From Phoronis australis (taxonomy: Eukaryota; Animalia; Phoronida): a stretch of 64,000 nt of DNA. The position numbers were made by a program, and so were the translations under genes. Shown here in pieces: positions 63,514 through 64,000 of this stretch. Location: assembly GCA_002633005.1 (NCBI GenBank), contig NMRA01000132.1, forward strand, positions 372,001 through 436,000. Reading direction: 5' to 3'. The number at the start of each line of letters is the position of its first letter. Within the stretch, counting starts at the first letter, position 1. Below the pieces are notes generated by a model. That model saw only the letters and a program-made list of their open reading frames with translations, was not told the DNA's origin and did no database searches.

Positions 63514-64000
63514 GTCCGTCCGTGCATTTTAAGACCTCACATGACGGTTCCTTTGTGTTTGTGTTTGTTTGTGTGTGTGCGTGTATGTGCGTGATTAGCG
63601 ACGAAGAAAGTGGCCAGTGTCCCACCCACTCATGGCGCGAAATGTGACGCAAAGAGCCGCTAAATCTCTTAGGTTTTTGAAGCTGCATAAAGAGATAGGC
63701 CTACCGACGTTTCTTTTGCGTACCGGACATCTTCCAGAAAAGTTCTCATAGCAATCGCTTTAAAAGTGGGATATTTGAGAATACCTACGTCCCTGGTAGA
63801 CGCAGCACTTGCAGAAAAACTCCTCAGACGACATTCAGCGTGCACAAGATATGATTTTGTTGATCTCTAAGACGGTGGAGACGGAAGCCATCTGTCCGGA
63901 CACGTAACGCGCTCTTGAGTTCGCGTATCAAGTGAAGACATGCCCGCGGCAAAATCCCCATCGCCCACTTGAAACCCAGCGCCCTCGGAACTTGGGAGAA

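Noticed and set aside
1-64000. Most 60-135 aa ORFs in the supplied track
   Set aside because: No recognisable motifs, many start at TTG/GTG or lie in repeats; expected by chance in eukaryotic intronic DNA.

Overview
Intron-rich metazoan genomic DNA, probably a marine invertebrate (lineage is inference only), with about 40% GC by eye and one 158-nt N gap. The left 9 kb holds six coding exons of an NDRG-family gene on the minus strand (ATG at 8812, running off the left edge). Four of its exon sizes (121/63/61/87 nt) match my recollection of human NDRG1, and a likely non-coding first exon ends at 13420. A second gene probably starts divergently at 19188 on the plus strand with a signal-peptide exon. 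Downstream I can only offer a tentative chain of 116-151-nt candidate exons (30.8-63.5 kb) with no recognisable homology, some containing in-frame stops. The rest is mostly transposon-derived: three TTAA-flanked Kolobok-type elements carrying a THAP-only ORF, at least seven Helentron-associated (HINE/DINE-1-like) elements whose internal repeats resemble CTCF sites, several MITE families with 5-6-bp TSDs, a rearranged RTEX-like LINE relic and several minisatellites. The most notable unexplained structure is a 62-bp near-perfect hairpin (55276-55510) that pairs exactly over a candidate splice acceptor. Most ORFs in the supplied track are not genes.
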